Notes under the pieces: generated by a model | What the model was told of the DNA's origin: nothing | Seen by the model: only the letters and a program-made list of their open reading frames with translations | The model's database searches: none | NCBI GenBank assembly: GCA_964484105.1 | Contig: CAZAEN010000007.1 | Location: 99,599-163,598, forward strand | Direction of reading: 5' to 3' | Length of the DNA: 64,000 nt | Source: an uncultured Methylophilaceae bacterium | GTDB taxonomy: Bacteria; Pseudomonadota; Gammaproteobacteria; Burkholderiales; Methylophilaceae | Translations under genes and position numbers: made by a program | Shown here: one piece after another, positions 1-9,614 of the stretch | How the letters are laid out: each line of letters starts with the position of its first letter | Numbering within the stretch: position 1 is the first letter of the stretch

Positions 1-2
1 TG

Positions 3-479
3 ATTGGTGGCGGTAACTCAGGTGTAGAGGCTGCGATTGACTTAGCAGGGGTAGTTGGTCACGTGACATTGTTGCAGTTTGACCCAGAGCTTAAAGCCGA
101 TGCGGTGTTGCAGAAGAAATTACGCTCACTGCAAAATGTCACTATTTTGGTGAGTGCACAAACCACTGAAATTACTGGTGACGGCACGCGCGTAAACGGC
201 TTAACTTACACTGATCGCGTGAGTGGCGAAAGCAAACATGTAGCGTTAGATGGTGTGTTTATTCAAATCGGCTTGGTGCCAAATAGTGACTGGTTAAAAG
301 GCACGCTTAATTTAAGTAAATACGGTGAAGTTGAAATCAACAGCCATAACGCCACCTCATTACCAGGGGTATTTGCGGCAGGGGATGTGACGACGATACC
401 CTACAAGCAAATTATCATCGCCATGGGTGAGGGGTCAAATGCGGCCTTGGGTGCGTTTGATTACTTGATTCGCCAATAA
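3..479 (+). CDS. ahpF: Alkyl hydroperoxide reductase subunit F, C-terminal part (gene starts before the window)
   Basis: Frame is open from position 3: [16 protein letters not shown] (NADH-binding motif), [35 protein letters not shown], ending AFDYLIR as in AhpF. Confidence 0.92.
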   Translation: MGGGNSGVEAAIDLAGVVGHVTLLQFDPELKADAVLQKKLRSLQNVTILVSAQTTEITGDGTRVNGLTYTDRVSGESKHVALDGVFIQIGLVPNSDWLKGTLNLSKYGEVEINSHNATSLPGVFAAGDVTTIPYKQIIIAMGEGSNAALGAFDYLIRQ

Positions 480-495
480 TTTGCACTTGGGAGTT

Positions 496-526
496 AAGCG
501 GTTATCGAGAGATAGCCGCTTTTTTT
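496..526 (+). terminator. Rho-independent terminator after ahpF
   Basis: aagcggttatc-gaga-gatagccgctt stem followed by a T-tract. Confidence 0.8.
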
Positions 527-564
527 ATATACTGGCAATACTCTTAAAATTTAAGTGACTGACA

Positions 565-3171
565 ATGAAAACTGACTCAAGCAAAATGCCGCAAACGATT
601 TTCCTAAAAGACTATACGCCAGCACCATTTTTGGCGGAGAGAATTTCTTTAAGTTTTCAGATTTTTGAAGAAAAAACCGTGGTTACATCAGTGGTCGATT
701 ATCGCAAAAATCCAATTGGCATGAGCGCAGACTTGGTGCTGAACGGTCAAGATCAAACGGTTACAGCGGTGTTGCTGAATGGCGAAGCTTTTGCTGGCTA
801 TGAGATTGAAGATGGCAAAATGACGATTGCCAATGCCACAAGTCAGTTCAGTTTAAACATCATTTCAGAAATTGACCCAGCCGCCAACACCGCACTTGAA
901 GGATTATATCAATCGCAAGGTAATTACTTTACCCAATGCGAGGCTGAGGGCTTTAGGCGGATTACTTTTTTTCAAGATCGTCCCGACGTGTTAAGTGTGT
1001 TTAGGGTGCGTATCGAAGCCGCTAAACACACACATCCTGTGCTGCTGTCTAACGGCAATTTAATGGCTGAAGGTGATTTGGAAAATGGTCGCCATTTTAC
1101 CGAATGGCACGACCCTTTTCCCAAGCCGTGCTATTTATTTGCCTTGGTGGCGGGTCAGTTAGTGCATATCGCCGATACTTTTATAACGATGTCAGGCCGC
1201 AAGGTGGATTTACGCATTTATGTGCGCCCGGGGGATGAAGCCCAATGCGCTCACGCCATGGAATCACTCAAAAAGTCGATGCGTTGGGACGAAGAAACCT
1301 ATGGGCGCGAGTATGAGCTAGACCGATTTAATATCGTCGCTGTGAGTGACTTTAATATGGGCGCGATGGAAAATACTTCGCTCAATATTTTTAACACCGC
1401 CTTGGTGTTAGCACAACAAGAAACCGCTACCGATGCGGATTTTATGAGTGTGGAAGGCGTGGTTGCGCATGAATACTTTCATAACTGGACGGGCAATCGT
1501 GTGACCTGTCGCGATTGGTTTCAACTCTCGCTCAAAGAAGGCCTCACCGTATTTAGAGACCAAGAATTTAGCGCCGATATGAACTCGCGCGCGGTGCAAC
1601 GCATAGACGATGTGAACACCTTGCGCCGCATGCAATTTTCAGAAGACGCCAGCCCCTTAGCGCACCAAGTGCAGCCCGATAGCTTTATCGAAATCAGTAA
1701 TTTTTACACCACCACCGTGTATGAAAAAGGGTCAGAGCTGATTCGTATGCAACACACCTTGCTCGGTGCAGAAAATTATCGCAAAGCGACCGATTTATAT
1801 TTTGCGCGCTTTGACGGCCAAGCGGTGACTTGTAATGACTTTGTGCAATGCATGGCAGATGCCTCAGGCCGCGACATGACGCAATTCTTTTTATGGTACA
1901 AACAAGCGGGCACGCCCACACTGCAAGTGAGCAGTCACTACGATGCCATACAGCAACGCTACGCACTCACATTTAAACAATCACAGCCTGACACTGCAGG
2001 TCAGACTGATAAAAAACCATTGCATATTCCAATCGCTGTTGGCTTGTTAAACGCACAAGGCAAAGAAATTCAAGCGACAAAAATTTTAGAAATGACCGCA
2101 CGCGAACAAAGCTTTAGCTTTGATGGCATCACTGCGCGCCCTGTGCCCTCTATTTTGCGTGACTTTTCTGCGCCCGTGAAATTGGTCACCGATTTAAGTG
2201 ATGAAGATTTGCGCCTCTTGCAGATTGACGACACCGATGGCTTTAACAAATGGGAGGCAGGGCAAACACTGGCCTTGCGTAACATCGAGCGCATCATGGC
2301 AAATCCGCAAGCTGACATCACGACTTTTATTGAAGATTTTGGTAATTTAATCGCGCAAGGTTTTAATGAAGCAACGGACAAAGCCCTGCTCGCCCGTGCC
2401 TTAAGCCTGCCAGAAATCTCAGTGATTGCGCAAAACCAAGCCGTCATCGACCCCGCCGCCATCGACCAAGCGCGTACTTATTTGCTCACGCAAATCAAAC
2501 GTGCGCATAAAGATGCGCTCGCCAAACTGTATTATGCAAACACCGAGTCAGGCGCATTTGCCATCACACCCGAAGCGATGGGCAAGCGTGCTTTGCGTAA
2601 TGTGTTGCTAGAGCTACTCACCGCCACCAAAGGTACAGGTTGCGCCGCCCGCGCTAAAGCGCACTATTTTAACGCCAACAATATGACAGATAGAGTGGCC
2701 GCGCTCGCCAGCCTCGCCGACAGCAACCAACCAGAACGCGAAGAAGTGTTTGAGCACTTTTACCAATCCTATAAACAATATCCGCTAGTGGTGGATAAAT
2801 GGTTCAAACTACAAGCCATGGGCAACCGCGACAGCAGTTTTGCAGACTTTGCCAAACTGCGCCAACACCCTGAGTTCAATATAAAAAACCCAAACCGCGT
2901 GCGCTCGCTCTACACGGCGTTCTCACTCTACAACCCAGTCAAATTCCACGACCCCAGTGGCAAAGGCTACGCGCTTCAACGCGATGTGATTATTGAACTC
3001 AACGCAATCAACCCACAAATCGCCGCGCGTCAGGTTAACCCGTTTAGAGAGTGGAAACGCTACACGCCACAACTGCAAACGCACATGCAAGCCGCTTTGC
3101 AAGGGATTTTAGATACAGCGAATTTATCCAATGATGTATTTGAGGTTGTGAGTAAGAGTTTGAAGGGGTAA
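565..3171 (+). CDS. pepN: Aminopeptidase N (M1 family)
   Basis: GAMEN motif, HEYFHNWTGNRVTCRDWFQLSLKEG zinc motif, FYTTTVYEKG, C-terminal NPNRVRSL; 868 aa. Confidence 0.97.
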   Translation: MKTDSSKMPQTIFLKDYTPAPFLAERISLSFQIFEEKTVVTSVVDYRKNPIGMSADLVLNGQDQTVTAVLLNGEAFAGYEIEDGKMTIANATSQFSLNIISEIDPAANTALEGLYQSQGNYFTQCEAEGFRRITFFQDRPDVLSVFRVRIEAAKHTHPVLLSNGNLMAEGDLENGRHFTEWHDPFPKPCYLFALVAGQLVHIADTFITMSGRKVDLRIYVRPGDEAQCAHAMESLKKSMRWDEETYGREYELDRFNIVAVSDFNMGAMENTSLNIFNTALVLAQQETATDADFMSVEGVVAHEYFHNWTGNRVTCRDWFQLSLKEGLTVFRDQEFSADMNSRAVQRIDDVNTLRRMQFSEDASPLAHQVQPDSFIEISNFYTTTVYEKGSELIRMQHTLLGAENYRKATDLYFARFDGQAVTCNDFVQCMADASGRDMTQFFLWYKQAGTPTLQVSSHYDAIQQRYALTFKQSQPDTAGQTDKKPLHIPIAVGLLNAQGKEIQATKILEMTAREQSFSFDGITARPVPSILRDFSAPVKLVTDLSDEDLRLLQIDDTDGFNKWEAGQTLALRNIERIMANPQADITTFIEDFGNLIAQGFNEATDKALLARALSLPEISVIAQNQAVIDPAAIDQARTYLLTQIKRAHKDALAKLYYANTESGAFAITPEAMGKRALRNVLLELLTATKGTGCAARAKAHYFNANNMTDRVAALASLADSNQPEREEVFEHFYQSYKQYPLVVDKWFKLQAMGNRDSSFADFAKLRQHPEFNIKNPNRVRSLYTAFSLYNPVKFHDPSGKGYALQRDVIIELNAINPQIAARQVNPFREWKRYTPQLQTHMQAALQGILDTANLSNDVFEVVSKSLKG

Positions 3172-3187
3172 CAATTTAATACGGCCC

Positions 3188-3251
3188 GTCATTCCCGCGC
3201 AAGCGGGAATCCATTTTTTGTTACATGGATCCCCGCTTGCGCGAGGATGAC
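3188..3251. repeat. dRS3/REP-like palindromic doublet, copy 1
   Basis: gtcattcccgcgcaagcgggaatcc (ATTCCC-N8-GGGAAT), 14-nt spacer, then inverted arm ggatccccgcttgcgcgaggatgac. Confidence 0.85.
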
Positions 3252-3268
3252 AGCTGGCGGATAGCTGA

Positions 3269-3303
3269 TTGACACTCACACCCAACTGGACTAAACTTAG
3301 TCC
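3269..3303 (+). promoter_or_regulatory. Sigma70 promoter of the TA operon with overlapping operator palindrome
   Basis: TTGACA (3269-3274), 17 nt, TAAACT (3292-3297); inverted repeat ggactaa-ac-ttagtcc (3288-3303) covers the -10. Confidence 0.75.
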
Positions 3304-3330
3304 GGTTGAATTTTATAAAAGGAGTATTTC

Positions 3331-3564
3331 ATGCAAACCGTTAATATGCACGATGCAAAAACCCAGTTTTCACGCTATGTTGAGCAAGCCGCAACGGGCA
3401 ATGAAATTATTATTGCGCGTGCAGGCAAGCCTGTTGCTCGCCTTGTGCCACTTGCCGCCAAGCCAACGCGTCAACTTGGCTTAGGTAAAGGCAAATTCGC
3501 CATGCCTGAACACTTTGATACTATGCACCAAGCAGAAATCCAACAAATGTTTGAAGGCAGCTAA
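3331..3564 (+). CDS. Phd/YefM family antitoxin
   Basis: MQTVNMHDAKTQFSRYVEQAATGNEIIIARAGKPVARLVP is the typical Phd N-terminus; aggag RBS upstream. Confidence 0.9.
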   Translation: MQTVNMHDAKTQFSRYVEQAATGNEIIIARAGKPVARLVPLAAKPTRQLGLGKGKFAMPEHFDTMHQAEIQQMFEGS

Positions 3565-3566
3565 AA

Positions 3567-3971
3567 GTGGCACAACGCACTTTATTGCTCGATACCAATA
3601 TTTTGCTATGCGCCGTCATTTCGCCAGAGAAGTTAAGTGCAGAACTACAAGCACAACTCACCAATAGCGAAAACGATATCTATTTTAGCGCCGCGAGTAT
3701 TTGGGAAATCGCCATTAAAGCCAGCCTCAACAAAGCAGACTTTAATTTTTCACCAGAAGATATACAAGCCCTTGCCCTGCAAACAGGCTTTACTGAATTG
3801 CCCATGCAATCCGCACATACATTTGCCGTTGCTGCTTTGCCTTGGCATCACCACGACCCATTCGATAGATTATTGATAGCCCAAGCCCTCGCGCTCCCAG
3901 CTTATTTAGTTACCAGTGATGTACAACTAAAGACTTATTCTGAACTTGTGCAAGTGGTCAGTTTAAAATGA
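3567..3971 (+). CDS. vapC: VapC family PIN-domain toxin
   Basis: LLLDTNILL, YFSAASIWEIAIK, HHDPFDRLLIAQA, LVTSD acidic PIN motifs; directly follows the antitoxin. Confidence 0.9.
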   Translation: MAQRTLLLDTNILLCAVISPEKLSAELQAQLTNSENDIYFSAASIWEIAIKASLNKADFNFSPEDIQALALQTGFTELPMQSAHTFAVAALPWHHHDPFDRLLIAQALALPAYLVTSDVQLKTYSELVQVVSLK

Positions 3972-4204
3972 GAAAACTCAGCATTCGATTACCCGATTCC
4001 TTGCACCAAGTCGTCAAAACCGCTGCGGGTGAAGACTCCAGTTCAATCAACCAGTTTATCGCCTCAGCCGTGGCAGAAAAAGTGTCAGCACTCACCACAG
4101 AAAAGTACATACAAGAGCGCGCCAACCGCGCCTCAAAAGCTAAGTTTGAAGCAACGCTGGCAAATGTGCCAGGTGTTGAAGCGGAAGCGTTTGATAAGCA
4201 ATAG
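3968..4204 (+). CDS. Ribbon-helix-helix protein, HicB-like antitoxin family
   Basis: LSIRLPDSLHQVVKTAA..SSINQFIASAVAEK RHH pattern; ATGA overlap with the vapC stop. Confidence 0.75.
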   Translation: MRKLSIRLPDSLHQVVKTAAGEDSSSINQFIASAVAEKVSALTTEKYIQERANRASKAKFEATLANVPGVEAEAFDKQ

Positions 4205-4255
4205 CGAAGCGTATTGCCTTTCAGTTATTGTCGCCAACCGGGCTAAAAACAGCAT

Positions 4256-4669
4256 CTATGAGACCAAAAAACCGCCACTACCCTCACCATTTCGACCTAA
4301 AACAAAGAGAGCCTCTTTTAATTCTGCCTTAAAGGCAGAATTGTTGGGATGGTTTCCCTCAAAATAAACACCATGTTGATCCAAACCTCTTACACTTAAC
4401 TCATAAAAGGTGCCAATAAAATAAAAGTAATAATTAGTTTGAATAGTTTCCGCTCTCACAAACCCAGGCTTAATTACTAAGTAGTTGCCATTTTCTGAAT
4501 TCACTGCCCAAGTGCCACCAACTCCGCGCCGATATTATGAAACTAATCGTTCAATATAGGGCTTAACACAAACCACATTCGGCTTATCAAAAGAAGCTTC
4601 CCACGTTCTTAAATCTTCACAGACCTTACTTAAATCATTTTCTGATAACTGCATTAATTCATACGCCAT
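4256..4669 (-). pseudogene. AT-rich hypothetical gene interrupted by one in-frame TAA
   Basis: ATG at 4669 with aggag RBS reads 44 codons, TAA at 4537-4535, then 10 codons in frame into the listed 82-aa ORF (4504-4256). Confidence 0.6.
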
Positions 4670-4816
4670 TTCTCTTCTCCTTTAAGTAGCGGATAGGGTT
4701 GGGCTGTAGCACCACGCGTAGAGATAAATCTCCACCCTAAAGGGTGTCTGAATTTTGTGTAGTTGATACAATTTTGGGTTGACGTTTTGCCAACTCTATT
4801 GCTTTTAGAAACAAGG

Positions 4817-6451
4817 TTATTTTTTCACTAAACTTAAGCTCACCGCTTCCGCAACTTTAATCCCGTCCACGCCCGCCGATAAAATCCCGCCCGCGTAGCC
4901 TGCGCCTTCACCACAGGGGTAAAGGCCTTTGGTGTTGATGCTCTCTAAAGTCTCGTCGTCACGTTTGATGCGGATGGGCGAGGATGTGCGGGTTTCAACG
5001 CCTGTCAGCACGCCATCAGCAAGGTCAAAGCCTTGCACTTGTTTGGCAAAGGCGGGGATTGCCTCGCGCATGGCGGTGATGGCGAATTCTGGCAAGGCGG
5101 TATCTAAATTGGTGAGGGTGACGCCTGGGGTATAAGACGGCATGACTTCGCCGAACTTTGTGGATGGTTTGTTAGCTAAAAAGTCGCCGATGAGTTGCCC
5201 AGGGGCGTTGTAGTTGCTGCCACCTAGCACAAAGGCGTGGCTTTCTAATTTGCGTTGAAACTCCATGCCTGCTAATGGATGGTCTGGGTAATCAACTTCG
5301 GGCGTAATGCCGACCACGATGCCTGCGTTGGCGTTGCGCTCGTTGCGTGAATATTGGCTCATGCCGTTGGTGACGACGCGGTTAGGCTCTGACGCCGCCG
5401 CAACCACCGTGCCACCGGGGCACATGCAAAAGCTATATACACTGCGCCCGTTTTTGGCGTGATGCACCAAGCGATAATCCGCCGCGCCTAGTTTGTTTAA
5501 AATATCTTCAGAGTAACTTTTGCCGTAACGCGCGCGGTCTATCAAGCCTTGCGGATGCTCGATACGAAAGCCAATGGAAAACGGTTTGGCTTCGACATAA
5601 ATGCCTTTTTTGTGAATCATCTCAAAGGTATCACGTGCGCTGTGACCTACGGCTAAAATGAGATGATTGGTGGCGATAAACTCGCCTGTTTGCAAGGTTA
5701 TGCCTTGCACCTGATTGTTTTCAATATGAATATCATCGACACGGCTTTCAAAACGGATTTCACCGCCTAGCGATTTGATGGTGTTGCGCATTTCTTCCAC
5801 CATGCCGACCAACCTAAAAGTACCAATATGCGGATGGCTGACGTATTGAATCTCTGATGGTGCGCCCGCTTTCACAAACTCTTGAATGACCTTGCGCCCG
5901 TAATGTTTGGGGTCTTTGATTTGGCTGTAGAGTTTACCGTCCGAAAATGTGCCTGCACCGCCTTCACCAAACTGCACGTTAGATTCTGGGTTAAGCGTAT
6001 TTTTTCGCCACAAACCCCAAGTGTCTTTGGTGCGCTTGCGCACTTCTTTGCCGCGCTCTAACACGATGGGGTTAAAGCCTGATTGCGCCAGAATGAGGGT
6101 GGCGAATATGCCAGCGGGGCCAAATCCAACAACGATGGGGCGGAGTTTAGGCGCATGTTGAGCTTTTGCCACAAAATGATAACTGGTGTCTGGCGCTGGT
6201 TTAATGTGCGGGTCTTTTTTAAACTTGTCTAAAATCTTCGCCTCGTTTTTCACCTCGACATCTAAGTTATACACATACAAAATCGCATGCGATTTACGTG
6301 CATCGACACCGCGTTTAAAAATGCTAAAGCGGATTAAATCGCTTTCGGGAATTTCAAGACGCTTCAGCAAGGCCACTTTGATTTGATCATCTTGGTGGAT
6401 GAGCGTATCGGCAAGTTCGATGGGGAGTTTGAGTTCGTTGATTCTTAACAT
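4817..6451 (-). CDS. FAD/NAD(P)-dependent oxidoreductase (uncharacterised FAD-dependent dehydrogenase family)
   Basis: VVGFGPAGIFA dinucleotide motif, FGEGGAGTFSDGKL, YSFCMCPGG, GEGAGYAGGILSAGVDG. Confidence 0.88.
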   Translation of the reverse strand: MLRINELKLPIELADTLIHQDDQIKVALLKRLEIPESDLIRFSIFKRGVDARKSHAILYVYNLDVEVKNEAKILDKFKKDPHIKPAPDTSYHFVAKAQHAPKLRPIVVGFGPAGIFATLILAQSGFNPIVLERGKEVRKRTKDTWGLWRKNTLNPESNVQFGEGGAGTFSDGKLYSQIKDPKHYGRKVIQEFVKAGAPSEIQYVSHPHIGTFRLVGMVEEMRNTIKSLGGEIRFESRVDDIHIENNQVQGITLQTGEFIATNHLILAVGHSARDTFEMIHKKGIYVEAKPFSIGFRIEHPQGLIDRARYGKSYSEDILNKLGAADYRLVHHAKNGRSVYSFCMCPGGTVVAAASEPNRVVTNGMSQYSRNERNANAGIVVGITPEVDYPDHPLAGMEFQRKLESHAFVLGGSNYNAPGQLIGDFLANKPSTKFGEVMPSYTPGVTLTNLDTALPEFAITAMREAIPAFAKQVQGFDLADGVLTGVETRTSSPIRIKRDDETLESINTKGLYPCGEGAGYAGGILSAGVDGIKVAEAVSLSLVKK

Positions 6452-6572
6452 GGTGTCCTCGGATAGTAGTTATCTATCAAAAAGAGTTTTAAAAAGGTGA
6501 TTTTGGATAATAGGCGATGATTTTACACGAGGGTTAAACGAATGCATGTTTAGACTAAAGCCTCCCTCGTTC

Positions 6573-6641
6573 GTCATTCCCGCGAAGGCGGGAATCCATT
6601 TTTATTACAGTTAATTGGATCCCCGCTTGCGCGAGGATGAC
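6573..6641. repeat. dRS3/REP-like palindromic doublet, copy 2
   Basis: gtcattcccgcgaaggcgggaatcc, spacer, ggatccccgcttgcgcgaggatgac; right arm identical to copy 1. Confidence 0.85.
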
Positions 6642-6682
6642 AACACTAAGGAAATTGAGTATTTACTTGCTCTGCGCAAAGA

Positions 6683-7288
6683 TTAAATCCCTAAATCCAG
6701 CTGCAATAATTTTTTCAGCATCGGTACGGTGACAGGTTTTTTTGTCACCAGTGACCACTCATCTAACGCATCCAACACCGCCATCAGCGTGGGTAGATCA
6801 CGCCGTAAATAACGCAAGCAGTAAGCAATCACTTCGGCTGGCAGCTTCATGCCGCGCTCATGCGCGTGGGTTTGCAAGGCTGCCGCTTTTTCTTCATCAG
6901 TGAGCGGGTGCAATTGATACACCAAGCCCCAAGCGAGGCGGGTGGCAAGGTCATCACGCAAGCCCATTTGCGTGGGGGCGTGCAAACCGGCAGTAATTAA
7001 GCATCCACTCGCTTCCTTAATTTGATTGTATTTGTTGAATAAATCAATCTGTGCGTCTTCACTCAGCAAATGCACATCATCTGCAACTGTTGCGCCCAAG
7101 CTTTTTGCCACATTGAGCAAATGGCTCTTGCCAGAACCTGCGCCCCCCCACAGATAAATGAGGCGGGTTTCACCCGTGCCATCAATGGCGTGTCGAATGC
7201 TATTTAAAGCTTCTAAGTTTTGGCCGGGCAAAAAATTATCCAAGCTAGGCGTGGTGCTGGGCTTAATATCAAGCAGAAGTTGTTGCAT
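6683..7288 (-). CDS. hda: DnaA regulatory inactivator Hda
   Basis: N-terminal QQLLLDI clamp-binding motif, LDNFLPGQN, GGAGSGKSHLL Walker A, DLATRLAWG; hda-AI-2E-purM synteny. Confidence 0.9.
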   Translation of the reverse strand: MQQLLLDIKPSTTPSLDNFLPGQNLEALNSIRHAIDGTGETRLIYLWGGAGSGKSHLLNVAKSLGATVADDVHLLSEDAQIDLFNKYNQIKEASGCLITAGLHAPTQMGLRDDLATRLAWGLVYQLHPLTDEEKAAALQTHAHERGMKLPAEVIAYCLRYLRRDLPTLMAVLDALDEWSLVTKKPVTVPMLKKLLQLDLGI

Positions 7289-7302
7289 GAAGTTGCGAGG
7301 AG

Positions 7303-8412
7303 TTAGTAATTATAAGTTTTGCTTTTGAGATAATGCTGTTTACTGTGGCGCAAGCCAACTGCAATGGCAGCACTGACAGGGAGGGCCAATAAAATCCCAA
7401 TAAATCCAAACAGTTGCCCGCCTGCTAACAGGGCAAAAATCACAATTACGGGGTGTAAGCCAATGCGGTCGCCCACTAATTTAGGCGTTAAAAACATGCC
7501 TTCCACCACTTGCCCTAAGCCAAATACCAGCAGCACAGGGATGACTTGTTGAAGGCTGGTAAATTGTAGTGCTGCGACCAGCATGGCAAGGCCCAAGCCG
7601 GTGGCGATGCCCAAATACGGTACAAACCCTAATAACCCTGTGATTAAGCCAATCGGCAAGGCCATGTCGAGCCCGGCAATCCATAACCCAACCGTGTAAA
7701 AAACGCTCATGGCGGCCATGACAGAAAATTGCCCGCGTACAAATTCACTCAGCACATCGTCAATTTCTTTGGTGATGGTTTCAATTTTTTCATACCAATC
7801 GCGCGGGATCAACTCACCAATTGCGGCAACAAAGTCATCCCAATCGCGTAATAAATAAAAAAGCACCACGGGCAATAGCAAAATATTCGCAAGTATGCCA
7901 ATAAGCGCTAGGCCTTGCCCGCCAACACTTTTAAGCACATCACCCAAAATACCGCCCGCAGTTTTCCAGTTTTTGGTCAATAGCTCTTGCGCCATGGCAC
8001 CGTCAATATCTAAGTTGATGCCAAATTGTGCTTGTAGCCAAGGCTCAAGTTGGTCATGAATTTTATTCACTAAAGTTGGTAGGCGTTCAACAATGAGTAA
8101 AGACTCTTTTTGCAACAAAGGCACTAAAATCAAAAACAAGGCGGAAATCGCGCCGACAATGCCAACCATCACTAGCAATGTGGCGTTGGTGCGCCCCAAG
8201 GTGTATTTTTTTAAGCCTGCTGCACTTAAGCGATCCACCAACGGATCACACATATAGGCAATAATCGCTGCGATAAAAAATGGCATTAGCACTGGGGTGA
8301 GCAAGTAAAACGCAACGGCCACCACGATGGCTAAAATTAGCCAACGGTTTTGGTGAATAAAATTGCTTGGTACGCTTGGTTGAGTCATGTGCTTTTTTGG
8401 ATGATTTGCCAT
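7303..8412 (-). CDS. AI-2E family (PerM-like) transporter
   Basis: Multi-TM; PFFIAAIIAYMCDPLVD, VPYLG, LTPKLVGDRIGLHP, GILLALP motifs. Confidence 0.9.
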   Translation of the reverse strand: MANHPKKHMTQPSVPSNFIHQNRWLILAIVVAVAFYLLTPVLMPFFIAAIIAYMCDPLVDRLSAAGLKKYTLGRTNATLLVMVGIVGAISALFLILVPLLQKESLLIVERLPTLVNKIHDQLEPWLQAQFGINLDIDGAMAQELLTKNWKTAGGILGDVLKSVGGQGLALIGILANILLLPVVLFYLLRDWDDFVAAIGELIPRDWYEKIETITKEIDDVLSEFVRGQFSVMAAMSVFYTVGLWIAGLDMALPIGLITGLLGFVPYLGIATGLGLAMLVAALQFTSLQQVIPVLLVFGLGQVVEGMFLTPKLVGDRIGLHPVIVIFALLAGGQLFGFIGILLALPVSAAIAVGLRHSKQHYLKSKTYNY

Positions 8413-8460
8413 ACTGGGTTAAAATGCGGCCTAACGGAATTATAACTCTCATTAACGCAA

Positions 8461-9525
8461 TTGATTGAATCGAGACAGAATTTGAGTACCTCTGACAAAA
8501 CCTCTATTACTTACCGTGACGCTGGTGTGGACATTGAAGCAGGTGACGCGCTGGTTGAGCAAATCAAACCGTTTGCCAAACGCACCATGCGCCCTGAAGT
8601 GCTTGGCGGCATTGGCGGGTTTGGCTCGTTATTTGCTGTGCCTAAAAAATTTAAAGAGCCGATTTTAGTCTCCGGCACCGATGGCGTTGGCACTAAATTA
8701 AAACTCGCATTTCAACTCAATAAACATGACACGGTCGGCATTGATTTAGTCGCCATGAGTGTGAACGACATTTTGGTGCAAGGCGCTGAGCCTTTATTTT
8801 TCTTAGATTATTTTGCGTGCGGTAAGTTGGAAGTTGGCACGGCCGCCGCAGTGATTAAAGGCATTGCGCACGGCTGTGAAGAATCTGGCTGCGCCTTGGT
8901 GGGCGGTGAAACCGCAGAAATGCCTGGCATGTACCCAGCGGGCGAGTACGACTTAGCAGGTTTTGCCGTGGGTTGCGTGGATAAAGAAAAAATTATTGAT
9001 GGCTCCACCATTGCCGCGGGCGATGTGGTGCTAGGCTTGGCCTCAAGCGGCGCGCATTCCAATGGATATTCGCTGATTCGTAAATTGATTGAAAAGTCTG
9101 GCATTGATATGGAATCAGACTTTCACGGCAAAAAATTTAAAGATGTTGTTATGGCACCAACTAAACTTTATGTGAAATCTATTCTTAAATTGTTAGATGC
9201 AATGCCAGTGAAAGGCATGGCGCATATTACTGGCGGCGGCATTACTGAGAATATTCCACGCGTGTTGCCAGAAGGCTTAACGGCTGAAATTCAAAAATCC
9301 AGCTGGACATTGCCGCCACTTTTCCAATGGTTGCAAGCGCAAGGCAATATTGAGCCGCTTGAAATGTACCGCACATTTAATTGCGGCATTGGCATGGCGG
9401 TGGTGGTTGCCAAAGAAAATGCGGCCGCTGCGCATGCCTTACTTAAAGAAGCTGGCGAAACGGTTTACGAAATTGGTGTCATCCGCGCCCAACAAGCGGG
9501 CGAAGCACCAACGGTGGTTGTTTGA
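8461..9525 (+). CDS. purM: Phosphoribosylformylglycinamidine cyclo-ligase (AIR synthase); start may be 8482
   Basis: [62 protein letters not shown]. Confidence 0.97.
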   Translation: MIESRQNLSTSDKTSITYRDAGVDIEAGDALVEQIKPFAKRTMRPEVLGGIGGFGSLFAVPKKFKEPILVSGTDGVGTKLKLAFQLNKHDTVGIDLVAMSVNDILVQGAEPLFFLDYFACGKLEVGTAAAVIKGIAHGCEESGCALVGGETAEMPGMYPAGEYDLAGFAVGCVDKEKIIDGSTIAAGDVVLGLASSGAHSNGYSLIRKLIEKSGIDMESDFHGKKFKDVVMAPTKLYVKSILKLLDAMPVKGMAHITGGGITENIPRVLPEGLTAEIQKSSWTLPPLFQWLQAQGNIEPLEMYRTFNCGIGMAVVVAKENAAAAHALLKEAGETVYEIGVIRAQQAGEAPTVVV

Positions 9526-9545
9526 AAAACTTTTCCAATTAAAAA

Positions 9546-9573
9546 AAGAGGCTTTTGTCAGCAAAAGCCTCTT
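9546..9573. terminator. Strong hairpin between purM and the DUF3108 pair (terminator or transcript-processing stem)
   Basis: aagaggcttttg-tcag-caaaagcctctt perfect 12-bp stem; A-tract on the 5' side, no T-tract on the + side. Confidence 0.5.
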
Positions 9574-9614
9574 GCCAAACGTTAAGCAGCTTCTGAATTT
9601 TTTAAGGAAAATGT

